Below are positions 1 through 13,813 of a DNA stretch of 64,000 nt, one piece after another; position 1 is the first letter of the stretch; each line of letters begins with the position of its first letter. Below the pieces are notes generated by a model. The model had not been told where the DNA came from. It saw nothing but the letters and a program-made list of their open reading frames with translations, and searched no databases. Source of the stretch: Eledone cirrhosa (Eukaryota); contig OZ024743.1 in assembly GCA_964016885.1 (NCBI GenBank), positions 344,286,001-344,350,000 of the forward strand, read 5' to 3'. Made by a program: the position numbers and the translations under genes.

Positions 1-74
1 ACACATACAAACACACAAACACCCACAACACACAAACACACACACACACAAGCACATGCACTCATATATAATAG

Positions 75-380
75 TCGCGACATGTCCACTTCGCAATCAT
101 TAGGTTCAAATCACGGTCTACTGCGTGACACCTTGGCCCAGTGTCATTTTCCATAGCATATGGTTGACGCACATCCTCTGTCTGGAATTAAGTAGACGGA
201 AACGGTGTGAAAGCCCGTCGGATTGATTTAACTGTACTTTAAATGGCTAGCCTTGTCACACACCTCGGGTTACTCCTCCCTGAGAATTCTTCTAAGGGTA
301 CAACTATCTGGAATATGCTCAGCCACTTACACGATAATTTCATTAGAAGGCAATTCCGTTGATCGAACAAATGGAACATT
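75..380 (+). mobile_element. Decayed SINE sequence of a second family
   Basis: GGTTCAAATC..CTGCGTGACACCTTGG..GTAGACGGAAAC..AAGCCCGTCG, similar to the SINE at 55750-56210. Confidence 0.55.
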
Positions 381-611
381 ATATATATATATATGGTGTG
401 GGATGCTTAAAGCGTCCGTATGCGGTAGGCCGTTTGAGCACTCGATGCTCTTACAGAGCAGAGTATAAGATCACATAAGAAACGGAGAATCAGTGGTGCG
501 ACGAATTAGAATTTATTAGACATATTACAATCGTTTCTCCGGCGACCAGCTCGAGGCACGATCGATGCAAGGATCGAACCTGACTCTGAAATCGCAAGTT
601 CTCCCGATACG

Positions 612-647
<36 letters not shown>

Positions 648-665
648 CACGTCTCTCTCCCCCTC

Positions 666-718
<53 letters not shown>

Positions 719-720
<2 letters not shown>

Positions 721-896
721 CCCCGACGGCTGAGCTCAAGCCGTTTCGACGGCTAATTCTGTCCAGAATTAGCCGTCGAAACGGCTTGAGCTCAGCCGTC
801 GGGGTCTTACTTGTTCCTATTACCCACTCTACTACCCTAAGTATTGAGTACTTTGGTGCGTTATGGTCCACCTGGTTCCTTACCACATTTCCATCG

Positions 897-898
<2 letters not shown>
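719..898. mobile_element. Fold-back element, family C (hammerhead-like, variant core)
   Basis: Perfect 43-bp arms 719-761 and 764-806, plus a tail to 898. Related copies at 5283-5486 and 40133-40288. Lies between microsatellites. Confidence 0.8.
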
Positions 899-1370
<472 letters not shown>

Positions 1371-1639
1371 TGTACACCATCTCTTCCAATCTTCTTTCCG
1401 AATGTGTGTTAAGAAACGTTGAGCGATGGGAAAGTTACATTAAATATAGAACATTGGTATAAATAATAAGACAGTAACTATCATTGGACTCAAACCCACA
1501 CTTTAATGCACATCAGGCAGAAATACTACCATTACGCCCATGTGCACGTTATTTTGAAGTCATACATGCATAGCGTACTTTGATCATTTATACACACTGT
1601 TCCACTTCATCGACTAACATTCTTTCTAATTTAATTGTT

Positions 1640-2680
1640 TTTACTTTTTGGCACAAGGCCAGCAAATACCCAGTGCATTACTGGTACTTTATCTTATCGA
1701 CCCCGTAAGGATGAAAGGCAAAGTCAACCTCAGCGGGATTTGAACTCAGATCGTTAAGGGACGTAACTATGCTGGAAAGCATGGCATCCGACCCTCTACT
1801 GATAGTGCCAATCCACTAATTTAATACCAAATGCCACGTGATAGTGATGCTGTACTTCACTTCACTCTTTAAACTATCTAACCCATCCATACTTCTTCCA
1901 TTCCTTGTTCATCTCTGTGTCAGAATTATACAAAATGAAGTACACAATATCATACAGATTTGCCATCAGTAATGCAAACTTGGTATAACAACGCAGTACT
2001 TAAAATATTGTCCATCTTGAAATGAAGTAATCACAACTGCATTAAATATAAAACATTAAAATATCGTATTTCCCGGCGCCGAAGACGCTCCGTCCTCGAA
2101 GACACACCTTAATTTGAAAAAAAAAAAAAAAAATAAACAAGCTTCGGCCTCCAGGACGCATGGTAGGTTTTTGAGACTTATCTTAGGAAAAGAGTAGCGT
2201 CTTCCTTGCCGGGAAATACGGTAATTGTTTCTAGTTCAGGCACAAGGCCAGGCCAGCAATTTTAAGAGAAGGGAAAATTCGATTAAATCGACCCAGTGCA
2301 TTACTGGTGCTTTATTTATTGACCTTGTAAGGATGAAAGGCAAAGCTTACATCGGCGGGAGTTGAACTCAGAACGTAAAGGCCCGTAACTCTATGCTGCG
2401 AAACATGTTGTCCGACACTCTACCGATACTGCCAATTCACCGCCTTATAAAACATTAAAATAATGATTTCTACTATAGACACAAAGCCAGCAATTTTCGG
2501 GCAGGGGAAAGACGATTAAGTTGATCCCAGTGCATTACTGGTACTTTATTTTATCGACTCCGTAAGGATGAAAGGCAAAGCTAACATTGGCGGGATTTGA
2601 ACTCAGATCGTAAAGGCCCATAACTCTATGCTGCGAAACATGTCCGACGCTCTACCGATACTGCCAATCCACCATCTTAT
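1640..2680 (-). mobile_element. Three copies of the major tRNA-derived SINE (about 1645-1817, 2225-2445, 2465-2675)
   Basis: Reverse complement of GGCGGTGGATTGGCAGTATCGGTAG..GAGTTCAAATCCCGCC..GCCTTTCATCC..GGGTCGATAAAATAAAGTACCAG..GGCCTTGTGCC, with pol III A/B boxes. Confidence 0.88.
2064..2221. mobile_element. Tc1/pogo-type MITE
   Basis: TIRs (T/C)CGTATTTCCCGGC and GCCGGGAAATACGG, with TA on both sides. Confidence 0.8.
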
Positions 2681-2799
2681 AAAACATTAAAATAATGAGC
2701 AGGAAGAGAGAAAAAAGCGATGAGAGGATGAAATTGAATCATGAAAAAAAGGAGAAGGAAGCAATCATTATATTTGTGGCTGGGTGGTATATCTCAGTT

Positions 2800-3042
2800 G
2801 TGCCCCACGGACAGGATGGCTAGCTCATTCCACAAAGAGTTTTCAGCAGCACACGCTGTATCAAATATTCCACGTTACAGATCTCCTTCCTTAGGTGTGA
2901 TGCGTCCCTCCCGATTTTGTTGAGTGAAACTGCATCAGGGCATATCGAACACATCGAATGTTTCGATGGCAACCGGCACTAAATGAAAAGTGGTCAAATC
3001 TCGGTATTTGGTTATCTTCCGCATCTCTGCAGCAGTGCCAGG
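2800..3042 (-). pseudogene. CRE-like non-LTR retrotransposon C-terminal (RLE) fragment
   Basis: Manual translation PGTAAEMRKITKYRDL..LVPVAIETF...KIGR...EYLIQRV resembles the AE.RK..KY..P.A.ET..L.QR pattern of CRE-clade ends. Confidence 0.6.
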
Positions 3043-4273
3043 GTTTATAGTATAATTTTCTTCTCAAACCCACATGTTCCCCCGCTTTTTTTTTCTATTC
3101 CTTCATTATCTACCATCCAAACTTTTCATCCTTACACGTGCTTCTCCTTTCGTCGTTTCATTTCCCCAAACACCACCACCACCGCCACCATTACAACCCA
3201 CCAACACCACCATTACAACCCACACCACCAACAACATTACCACAACTGCACCCTTCTCTTTCTACACACCTTATCACATCACACACCACAACATACCACG
3301 CCACACCACACCATACCAACCCACCGCTATTCCCGTTTTTGCTTTTAAGCGGAACCAGCTTTCCGTTAGTGAATAATTGCTTGTAAAATCATTTCAGATG
3401 AATTGCACAGAAGGAAAATGGCTGCTACCTGTTTAGAAACGAGATTAATTGAACTTTGATTACAGACCGGAATAATATCAGTAAGAGAAAGAAAAGTATG
3501 ACAAGATTTACTTATTCGTTTTCTGGAAAATTCTATTAATTCATGTCACATAATGTCACAGCAGCTGTTGGTTAAAATTTTCACTCTTTGGAGATTTTCT
3601 TAAAGGATGCGAATTAGCTGCTTTCTATTGTGACTACTACAGCTAACTTCCCCGCATACATTTTAATTATGTTACTGTAAATGGTAAACAGGCTTTTATG
3701 CAGCTGACCGAAAGCCTACTCTACTCAATTGCCTTACTCCCCTTGCTTTCCTTTGCATTATCGATATTATTGCTCTATCTAGAATATATATCTTATTAAC
3801 TTTTCTTTTCATTACGGCTTCTCTTTCTTGTTTACTCCTACAGGAGTAGCGCACAAGTTTCCAAGTCTTGGATAGAATCCAATGTAGGAATAAATAAATA
3901 CGTACCACCGATTAATTGGGGTTGAATGCTATTTTTTCTTTGAATCAAAGTTCCGGTGCGACTGGAAGCTGCAGCAAACAGAAGTGTTGTCGGTTAATAA
4001 GGTTGAATATAATAACCCATTATAATTTTAATAAAGGCTCTTCGAAAACTTTAATCTGTATGCCCAAAGGCCGCTAAATGTCCGTCGTTAATACATTCAC
4101 ATACTTACTCATAACCTTCATACACACACACCCTCAAATGTACACAGAAAAACACACATATACATACGTACATAGTATAATTATGCAAGCATATATGAAT
4201 ATGTATGTACATATGCTATATACACACATACACTTACACTAGCCAAACAGGCATATAAACATATAGATTGTAC

Positions 4274-4325
<52 letters not shown>

Positions 4326-4526
4326 TTATATGTACGCATAGATTGAGCTCCCGGTTTCCTGGTAACGTGCCAAATAAGTTTGTTCTTTTTAAAATGTCGA
4401 TGTCCACATCCTGAGGAACGATTGGCTCGCAGATGGCAATTTGAATTGGTTAGAATGAATGATTAGCTATGTGAGGCGGTGAAATCATGTCAGGTCTATT
4501 ACTTTGTAGACATTTACAGTAACATT

Positions 4527-4634
<108 letters not shown>

Positions 4635-4662
4635 GTTGTTGTTGTTGTTGTTGTTGTTGTTA

Positions 4663-4733
<71 letters not shown>

Positions 4734-4734
4734 G

Positions 4735-4950
4735 AATGGCAGAATCGTTAGAGCGTTGAGAAAAATACTTTGTAGCATTTAGTAACGGATTTTTATATTC
4801 TGAGTTCAAAGTCAGCCATGGCCAAGTTTGCCTTTCATCATTCTAATATGGCCGAAGGGTCGATAAAATAAAGTACCTGCCAAGTACTGGGTCGATATAG
4901 TCGGCTTTCTCCTTTCCTCCAAATTGTTAGCCTTCCTTCTTGTGATAATC
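4735..4950 (+). mobile_element. Older SINE copy after (ATT)n
   Basis: TGGCAGAATCGTTAG..TGAGTTCAAA..GCCTTTCATC..GTCGATAAAATAAAGTAC. Confidence 0.75.
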
Positions 4951-5233
4951 ATACTAAGATGAAGGTTTACCAAGCCTGAATGCCCATTACACTGGTTTAT
5001 GGCAACATCACGTCCCTGTGGGCCCGCCAACAGTAGAGTGATAACACTTCTATCTGTGGTGCTTCAGAAGAATCCGCCGCATCACGTGGCAAGACCACGT
5101 CCCCAACATGACAGTTCAAGCAGAGGTAGATCTCCAAAGCACGTTCCCTCTATTTGTTCTCCCCTCTCTCACTTTCTGTCTCTCTCACACACATATATTC
5201 ACAGACACAGACACTCATACATAGACACCCCCC

Positions 5234-5282
<49 letters not shown>

Positions 5283-5285
<3 letters not shown>

Positions 5286-5482
5286 ACGAAGGAGGTGTGG
5301 TAAGGAACCAGATGGACCATAACGCACCAGAGTACTCAATACTTAGGGTAGTAGAATGAGTAATAGGAAAATGTTTAACCCCGACGGCAGAGCTCAAGCA
5401 GTTTCGACTATTTCTGGACTCTGGGAGTTCCGGAAATAGCCGTCAAAACGGCTTGAGCTCTGCCGTCGGGGTTAAACATTTT

Positions 5483-5486
<4 letters not shown>
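5283..5486. mobile_element. Fold-back element, family C
   Basis: Arms about 5361-5421 and 5425-5486. The tail 5283-5360 is homologous to the reverse complement of 815-898. Inside (TA)n. Confidence 0.8.
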
Positions 5487-5538
<52 letters not shown>

Positions 5539-5542
<4 letters not shown>

Positions 5543-5728
5543 TATGTACACGTACATTATAATAAATGTTCGGTAAACCCATACGTACATATATATATGT
5601 GTGCATGTATGTATATATATACATACTACTGTACGTCTGTATACATATATGTATGTACGTATACATACATGCTTACATTTAAGTACCAGCCGTACTAAGA
5701 GTGAGAAATGAAATTTCATTTTTTCCAG

Positions 5729-5731
<3 letters not shown>
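5539..5731 (+). mobile_element. Family A 3' fragment with short inverted arm
   Basis: 5557-5731 is the reverse complement of about 14266-14450. 5539-5556 is a short opposite-orientation arm. (TA)n on both sides. Confidence 0.8.
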
Positions 5732-5779
<48 letters not shown>

Positions 5780-5879
5780 CAGATAGATAGATAGCTACGT
5801 GCACCCATCTACACATACACAAACATCTACACACGCACATACATTAACTCCGTTACTTCATTTGATATACACACACACA

Positions 5880-5923
<44 letters not shown>

Positions 5924-6050
5924 AAATTAAGATAAATCGAAATGAATTTAATCTAAATCAAAATTATGGGTGTCATGCCAGAAAGACATGCGCCATATCA
6001 CCCGCAAAATAAGCTCTAAGATTCTAACGAATAGGTCCGAGCATTTTATA

Positions 6051-6307
6051 ATAACTAGAAATTGATTAACATATAAATAAACATGAATAATCACAGGAGA
6101 TAATTTTTACAAGTGTGTAAGCACACATAGCTAGGTAGGTAACTAAATAAAGTTAACCAGAACTTCAAAAATAGATACGGTATCTATTTTTGAAGTTCTG
6201 GTTAACTTTATTTAGTTACCTACCTAGCTATGTGTGCTTACACAGTTGTAAAAATTATCTCCTGTGATTATTCATGTTTATTTATATGTTAATCAATTTA
6301 TAGTTAT
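6051..6307. repeat. Near-perfect 128-bp-arm palindrome
   Basis: Arms 6051-6178 and 6180-6307 with a 1-nt loop. TA run at the right end. Confidence 0.9.
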
Positions 6308-6339
6308 ATATATATATATTCGGTAAACGACTATCTCCT

Positions 6340-7850
6340 CTGATACAGCATTCACGAAAGGTTGTAACTGTAGAAACAAAGCAAATTGCCCATTAAAAGG
6401 AAATTGCCTTATTAATAACATAGTATATAAATGTAAAGTTAACACTAAGGACTCAACTTATTCATATATAGGAGCCACTTCTAACCAATTTAAAGTAAGA
6501 TTTAATACCCACAAACACAGTTTTAAAAATGCCGCATTAGCTTATACAACATCTTTAGCTGAAATAATTAATAATTATAGAAAGAGGAATATGGATTATA
6601 ACCTGACCTGGAGTGTGCTCAAAAGGGCCACCCCTTATCAAAATAATAGATATGAATGTAGATTATGTTCCCAGGAACTTTTTGAAATAATGAAATCTAA
6701 GGATATCCTATTAAATAAACGACAGGAATTAATTATATCATGTAATCATAAACTGAGAAGAACTTTTAAATATTATAAACCTAATTAATATACACTTTAG
6801 AAATTATTATAATAACACTTTTTTTAAATTAGTTAACCTATAATTAATATTCTACTACTAATGAACTGCATAATTTTATTTCCCTTTTACAGCTATCTTT
6901 TCCTAAAATTTATACCAATAAGTATACATATAAACTATTTTAATTTCAGGTTATGATTCTATGTTCCTTATAATCTATATAAATTTGTTATTTCTCACTA
7001 ATAAATTTACCCCCCCCCCCCATAATAATAATAATAATTATTTTTTTATTTTGCCTTCGTTTTTAACAGCACTCTGCAGTTACATCTAACTCTTATTTAT
7101 CATATCTATATGAATTTAATATAAATTTATCAATATAAATATATCTATCAATTTAATTAATTTATTTTCTTTTTATAGATGTAAACTCCCTATATTTTAA
7201 ATAAGATTGATATTTTTCACTAACACATTTATCGTAAAATTTTATTCTCCTTAGATATTTACATTAGCATTATTCTTTTATAACATCACTTCTTCGTGTA
7301 CCTTTTACCGACTTGACCTATTTTCATCCCTAAAATAATCTTTTCATTCATCATACTCTTTCCATTCAAAACTGAAATCTGCTTTCCTCTACCCCTAAAT
7401 TAAAGTTCTATTACTACTATTCTACCATCTTGACCACTCACTACCTTTCTATTGGTAAATTCAAAACGTGTTCCCAAACAGACCTATTATATTAAATCTT
7501 TGTTGGTTTTTTTCAATAAACAAATATCATTATTTCTGAAGACAGCATATATATGTGTAGGTATGTATATTCCCTCTGATAGTTTGTAAACATTTTACAT
7601 AGATCTATATGATATACATACCAACACAAACATATATATCCTAGAAACGATCGTAAAATGATGAATTTTTTAATATAAGGAACTGTTTCTTTGTTTTTAT
7701 TCATTATTTTTATTAATTTATCTTGACTCTGTTTTCCTGTATTTTTCATCTGAAAAAAAAATTTTTGAATACATCGCTTTTCATGATATTCGGATTACAT
7801 TGAGTTCTTCATACGGATTGGACACTACCGTACATTTTGGTAGATTTATC
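6340..7850 (+). mobile_element. 5'-truncated PLE: GIY-YIG C-terminus plus long AT-rich 3' region with HHR
   Basis: Translation GCNCRNKANCPLKGNCL..IVY..YIGAT..FKVRF, then CRLC..E..LLNKRQE..CNH (ORF ends 6788). HHR at 7527-7664. Ends at (TA)n near 7855. Confidence 0.85.
7527..7664 (+). ncRNA. Type I hammerhead ribozyme with about 100-nt extended stem II
   Basis: Layout TCATTATTT-CTGAAGA-[7543-7643]-GAAAC-GATC-GTA-AAATGATGA. Stem I is 9 bp, stem III is the palindrome ACGATCGT, stem II contains GGTATGTATAT/ATATACATACC and ATATATATG/CATATATAT. Confidence 0.8.
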
Positions 7851-7891
<41 letters not shown>

Positions 7892-8280
7892 TCACCCGAG
7901 AAACAATTGTAATATGTCCAATAAATTCCTTTCGTCACAACATTGATTCTCTTTTTTCATGATATATATATATATATATATATGGAAAGTTATATTTAAA
8001 TTGTTGGGTTACAACGAGTAAATATTTATAACTGATATAAAAGCACTCAACAAGTATTTGGAGTATATTTACGATATTAAATAAATGGAAATTATATTTA
8101 TAAAACCATATTTATTTCATTATATATATTTCAGGGATATCATATTAACAATATGTTATGCCTTATATATATATATATATTTATATATATACAGGGTGTC
8201 CCTGAAAATGTATAGATATTTTGATTACCTGTACAGGAAATATTTAATAGAATCCTGTTGAAGTGAGTATATATTTTTTT

Positions 8281-8402
<122 letters not shown>

Positions 8403-8542
8403 GGTTTGAAGGTTCACCACTGGATAGAGATGGTCATTCCGTATGGTCAATCTTGATGTAATAATATGGAGAGTACTCAACTTAAAGCAGCTCAACCGTC
8501 TTCGTTTGTGTAGTTGGTGGTGCGAGTACGGAGTTAAATATT

Positions 8543-8886
8543 ATAATAAAATAACAGGAAGCTGGACTTGTGTAAATCTTTGAAAGGTTTATTATACTAT
8601 GGTCATTTCAATGACCGTGTTCCGTATGAATCCGGTGATATCATCAGGTATTCGAAATATAATAAATGAATGTAACAGATAAAATCCATGGGGCTGAAAA
8701 TCATAGCTGAGGGCGACCGGCTAAAGTGGAAGATCTAGATGGTCGGTCGTCCTCAGGTCTATGATTTTCAGCCCCATGGATTTTATCTGTTACATTCATT
8801 TATTATATTTCGAATACCTGATGATATCACCGGATTAGTATAATAAACCTTTCAAGGATTTACACAAGTCCAGCCTCCTGTTATTT

Positions 8887-8891
<5 letters not shown>
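8543..8891. repeat. Fold-back (inverted pLTR-like) insertion with HHR
   Basis: Arms about 8543-8722 and 8741-8891. The right arm lacks the 3' half of the HHR. Ends in (TA)n. Confidence 0.88.
8594..8651 (-). ncRNA. Type I hammerhead ribozyme
   Basis: Minus strand: ATAC-CTGATGA-TATCACCG..CGGTCATT-GAAA-TGACCA-TA-GTAT. Stem I ATAC/GTAT, near-palindromic stem III. Confidence 0.7.
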
Positions 8892-8930
<39 letters not shown>

Positions 8931-9374
8931 ATCCCGAACATAACTATCAATATCCATATGATAGCATGAATGTATGTCTTTAGCATTAACAACCCGCAGA
9001 TGATCTTTGAATATACAACCTGTTATAAAAACACATATAAACTGGAAAACATGTTAGGGAAAATATATAGTCAAGTGAACCGAAACTACTATGAGATAAC
9101 CACATCTACCACCACCATCTTATTTATTATCTAATCTGACATTAGAATATGTAGTTTGAGACATGACTCTCGGGAGTACGAAAATCTGTATTTCGTGCAA
9201 GTGTAATGGTAATTTTATCCATCCATCCATCTATTCCTCCATCTATAAATACGTACATACATCCGTACATACATGCATACGTACGTACATACATACGTAC
9301 GTACATACATACATGCATGCATACAGGCAGACATGCATACAGGCATATTTACATATATATGTGCATGAACACAT

Positions 9375-9427
<53 letters not shown>

Positions 9428-9467
9428 TATGTATATATATATGTATAAATGTATATACGTATATATG

Positions 9468-9611
<144 letters not shown>

Positions 9612-10258
9612 TATATATACAGTATATATAACATACACACACACACACATATATATAAAAATATATATATGAATATATATATATAATATAATATATATAT
9701 ATATATGTGTGTGTGTGAGTGTGTGTGTGTGGGCGTATATTTTTTAAATCGATACACATAAATATAGAAACATGTAGTCTAATATGTGTATGTATATTTA
9801 CTTTAATATGGTTTTGATTTGTATGCAAGTACGCATGTATATATATATGTACATGTATACACACATACATACACCATGCGAATATGCACACATACACACA
9901 TATGTATGTATATATATATATATATATACATATATCTTAAGTAAGACGCAATAGTAATACTCCAAAGGAAACAAATGTATTAAACAAAAGAATTAAGAAA
10001 AGATTAGAAAACCAGAAGATGTCCCATAAATAAGATTAACCTTTGTCTACACGAAAATGACTTGAGCGATAAAAGAGTTACAGCATAAGGGGAGATTAAT
10101 TTGTATAAGACATTTTATTTATATCTAAATTATTGTTGCGTTCGTAAAGTGAGATGACATTGTGTACGTATTTGAGTTCGTCAAGAGACTCCGTAGAAAT
10201 ACTCATCAATCAATGACATGGCAGTCTTGTATTTTTTCATCTTTAATAGATTATCTAT

Positions 10259-10350
<92 letters not shown>

Positions 10351-10524
10351 ACACGCGCGCATGATTAAACACATGCAAATCTACACTGTATACATATATT
10401 TATGTATGTATGTATTATATAAATAAATAAATAAATATATATAAACATATACATTTATATATATATGTATATATTTATATATGTATATATTTATATATAT
10501 ATATATATGCATATATATATATAA

Positions 10525-10566
<42 letters not shown>

Positions 10567-11584
10567 GTGTATGTATATATGCATATATATATATATATAT
10601 ATGGATTCAAATGATTATCTATACAGCTGCATATATTTATATATACAGCAATACTCTGATTCTTATACGCACACATACAGGTAATACGTACGTATCTACA
10701 CATATATGGCTGCACATAATTCCTTAATAGATTTTATGTTTACAAATATATGTATGTATACTGTAAGTATCTACTATTGATATACATACATGCACACATA
10801 CATACATATATACATACATATGTACATACATATGTGTGTGAGTGTGTATGTGCGTCGGTACATACGTACAGACACATAATCACACATATGTATGAATGAG
10901 TGTGTTTACATGCATTATATATAGACAGTATTTGCAGTAATGATCTAAATGTGTAGTGGGTGCTTTTGTCATGATATCATGAGTATTCATCAGAAGCGAT
11001 CACATATATCATCAAGTCGAGCTTCGATTCCATTATAGATTAAAGATATAAACGATTTTTGATGAAAGTAGCATCAAAATAGATAATATAATAACAGCAA
11101 CAACAATAACAGCAACACAAATAACAACAACAACAATAACAACAACAGCCACAACAACATTAATAGCAATAACGCCAACAGCAACAATAACTACAATTAC
11201 AACTGTTACGACTACTTCTATGACAACAGCCTTCTGAGTTAAATAACTGCCGAGGAAAACATCTTTGTCTTTCATACTTCTAGGGTCAATAGAATGAATT
11301 ACCAGTCCTAGGAGGAAAATTATTGGATAAGGTATATATTTAAGGTATTTATGCTGACTTTTTGCATTCTGAATTCAAATGCTGTTGTGGCCTACATTGG
11401 TGAAAGCTTTAATTCCTGACGAGGTTCAATATCACCACTTAGCTCCCGAGTATCTTTAGCGGAGTCCACTCTGTTTCAAGCATGATAGATTCCTGTCTCA
11501 CTTCACCAGTATCGCAGACATGTTTACCGCCCTTTCCCTTCTTCTTAAGTAAGCGATAAATAAAGCAGTAACCCTTAATATAAT

Positions 11585-12700
11585 AATGGTTTCTGATTTA
11601 GGTACAAGGTCAGCAATTTTTTCTTTGGGTGGGAGGCGGGGAGGAAAGTCGATTAAATCGATCGCAGTGCGTGATTGGTATTTTATTTTATCGACCCCGT
11701 AAGGATGAAAGGCAAAGCTAGCTTCGGTGGGATTTGAACTCAGAAGGTAAAGGTCTGTAACGCTATGCCACGAAACAGGGTCTCCAACTAAACATAACAA
11801 CACGTTCTAACATAGTGAAATGGCTACTGATTCACGGGTGGAGGATTATAGTCGAATAAATCTTATTCTCTTCAATTAAATTCAAAGGAATAAATGTCGA
11901 TTTCAGCAACATTTGAACACAGAAAAAGGTTTGTATTTAAATACTGCAAGGAGTCATTTTCAGCTGTCTACCGTCTAGCTATTAATTACTCTAATAATTG
12001 TTTCTACTTTTGGCACAAGGCCAGCAATTATCCCAGTGTATTACTGGTACTTTATTTTATCGACCCTGTAAGGATGAAAGGCAAAGTTAACCTCGGCGGG
12101 ATTTGAACTCAGACCATAAAGCGCCGTAATTCTTTGCTGCAAGGCATGGCGTCCGACTCTCTACCGATACTGCCAATCCACCGTGATTTAGGCACAAGGC
12201 CAACAATTTTGGGGGGATTGGAAAGTTGATTAAATCTACTGGTACTTTATTTTATCAACTTCGGAAGGATAAAAGGGAAAGTTGATCTCGGTGTGATTTG
12301 AAATCAGAACATAAAGGGACGTAACTAAATGCTACAAAATATTTTGCCATTGTCCTAATAATTGCTTCTAACATAGGCACTAGGTCCACAGTTTGGAGGA
12401 AGAGGAAAGTCTAGTAAATCGACCCCTGTGCGTGACTGGAACTTTATTTTATTGATCACGAAAAAAGGAAAAGCAAAGTTAACATCAGCGAGATATGAAT
12501 TTAGAACATTAAAAATTTGTGCAACGCTCTAACGATTCTGTCAATCAACCGCTCTTCATTGTCCTAATAATAACAATAATAATAAATGTTTTTAATATAG
12601 GCACAAGGCCAGAAATCCAGATGAAGAGAAAAGTCGATTATATGGACACCAATAGTTGACTGATATCTATTTCATCGACTCCGGGAAGAGGAAAGGCAAC
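11585..12700 (-). mobile_element. Cluster of five SINE copies of differing age
   Basis: Copies at about 11585-11790, 11995-12183, 12190-12350, 12360-12555 and 12595-12700, all in the same orientation. Confidence 0.85.
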
Positions 12701-13420
12701 GTATAATTTATGTGTTAGTCAGAAGGGCTCATACACACAAGCAGAACTCTAAAACATGGGTGGAGTAAAACATGTGGGAGGATGGACAAGTAGAAATTAT
12801 ATAAAAAAAAACGTGGGATGTGGAAAAGACGTCATATAATGAGCATAATGGAAATTGGATATAAGTTAAAAACACGGAATCAATAAATAAGATTATATAA
12901 ATCACACGATAATTGCTACTATATAATTTAAATAAAAAGTAAATGCGACGCAAATTGGGTGGACCACTCATATAGAACTGCGAAACCTGCAGTTGGGTTA
13001 ACTCAGGACTCAGGTCCTCTCTGTCGCTGCTATCTTTCTTCTAGTTTCATTGTTTAAGTAATGACATGTTCCGAAAATATCAAGAAAAAATTTAGGGTTT
13101 GGGGTGACGAAAGAACGACCCACGTATTGGGGATAGATTACATACAATTCTCCATAGCATTGTTCTTCAGTTTTCATTTATATCTTGTTTTTGGCTTTCT
13201 ACAAGTAATTCGAGTTCAGCTCATCAATTTTAACTGAACTTCCAGCCAGGTAATTGTGGGGATCTTTTTAAGTCTTCCACCGATGTTTAGATATGTTTTG
13301 CTTGTCTTCTTTCTGCTCTACTTATCAGTTTTAATACATATTTACCACAGAATGTTGCTTTGTAGCCATTTACTATAGAATGCGCTGTATGGATGCGTGA
13401 AACTGTGGAAAGGAATAAAA

Positions 13421-13555
13421 TTCTTCTTCTTCTTCTTCTTCTTCTTCTTCTTCTTCTTCTTCTTCTTCTTCTTCTTCTTCTTCTTCTTCTTCTTCTTCTT
13501 CTTCTTCTTCTTCTTCTTCTTCTTCTTCTTCTTCTTCTTCTTCTTCTTCTTCTTC
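13421..13555. repeat. Perfect (TTC)n tract
   Basis: Directly visible. Confidence 0.98.
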
Positions 13556-13718
13556 CCCACCACGCCGAAAAATTGTACAATTCATTATCATTATGTTTAA
13601 TAATAATGAGGTCGGCATTTTGTCAAGATTTTTTGTCACCTAATAACTGGGAAGAATAACATGTCGGCCCTTGTGGCTAATAAATGAAATCATTATGATG
13701 AAGATTAATAATGATGAC

Positions 13719-13813
<95 letters not shown>

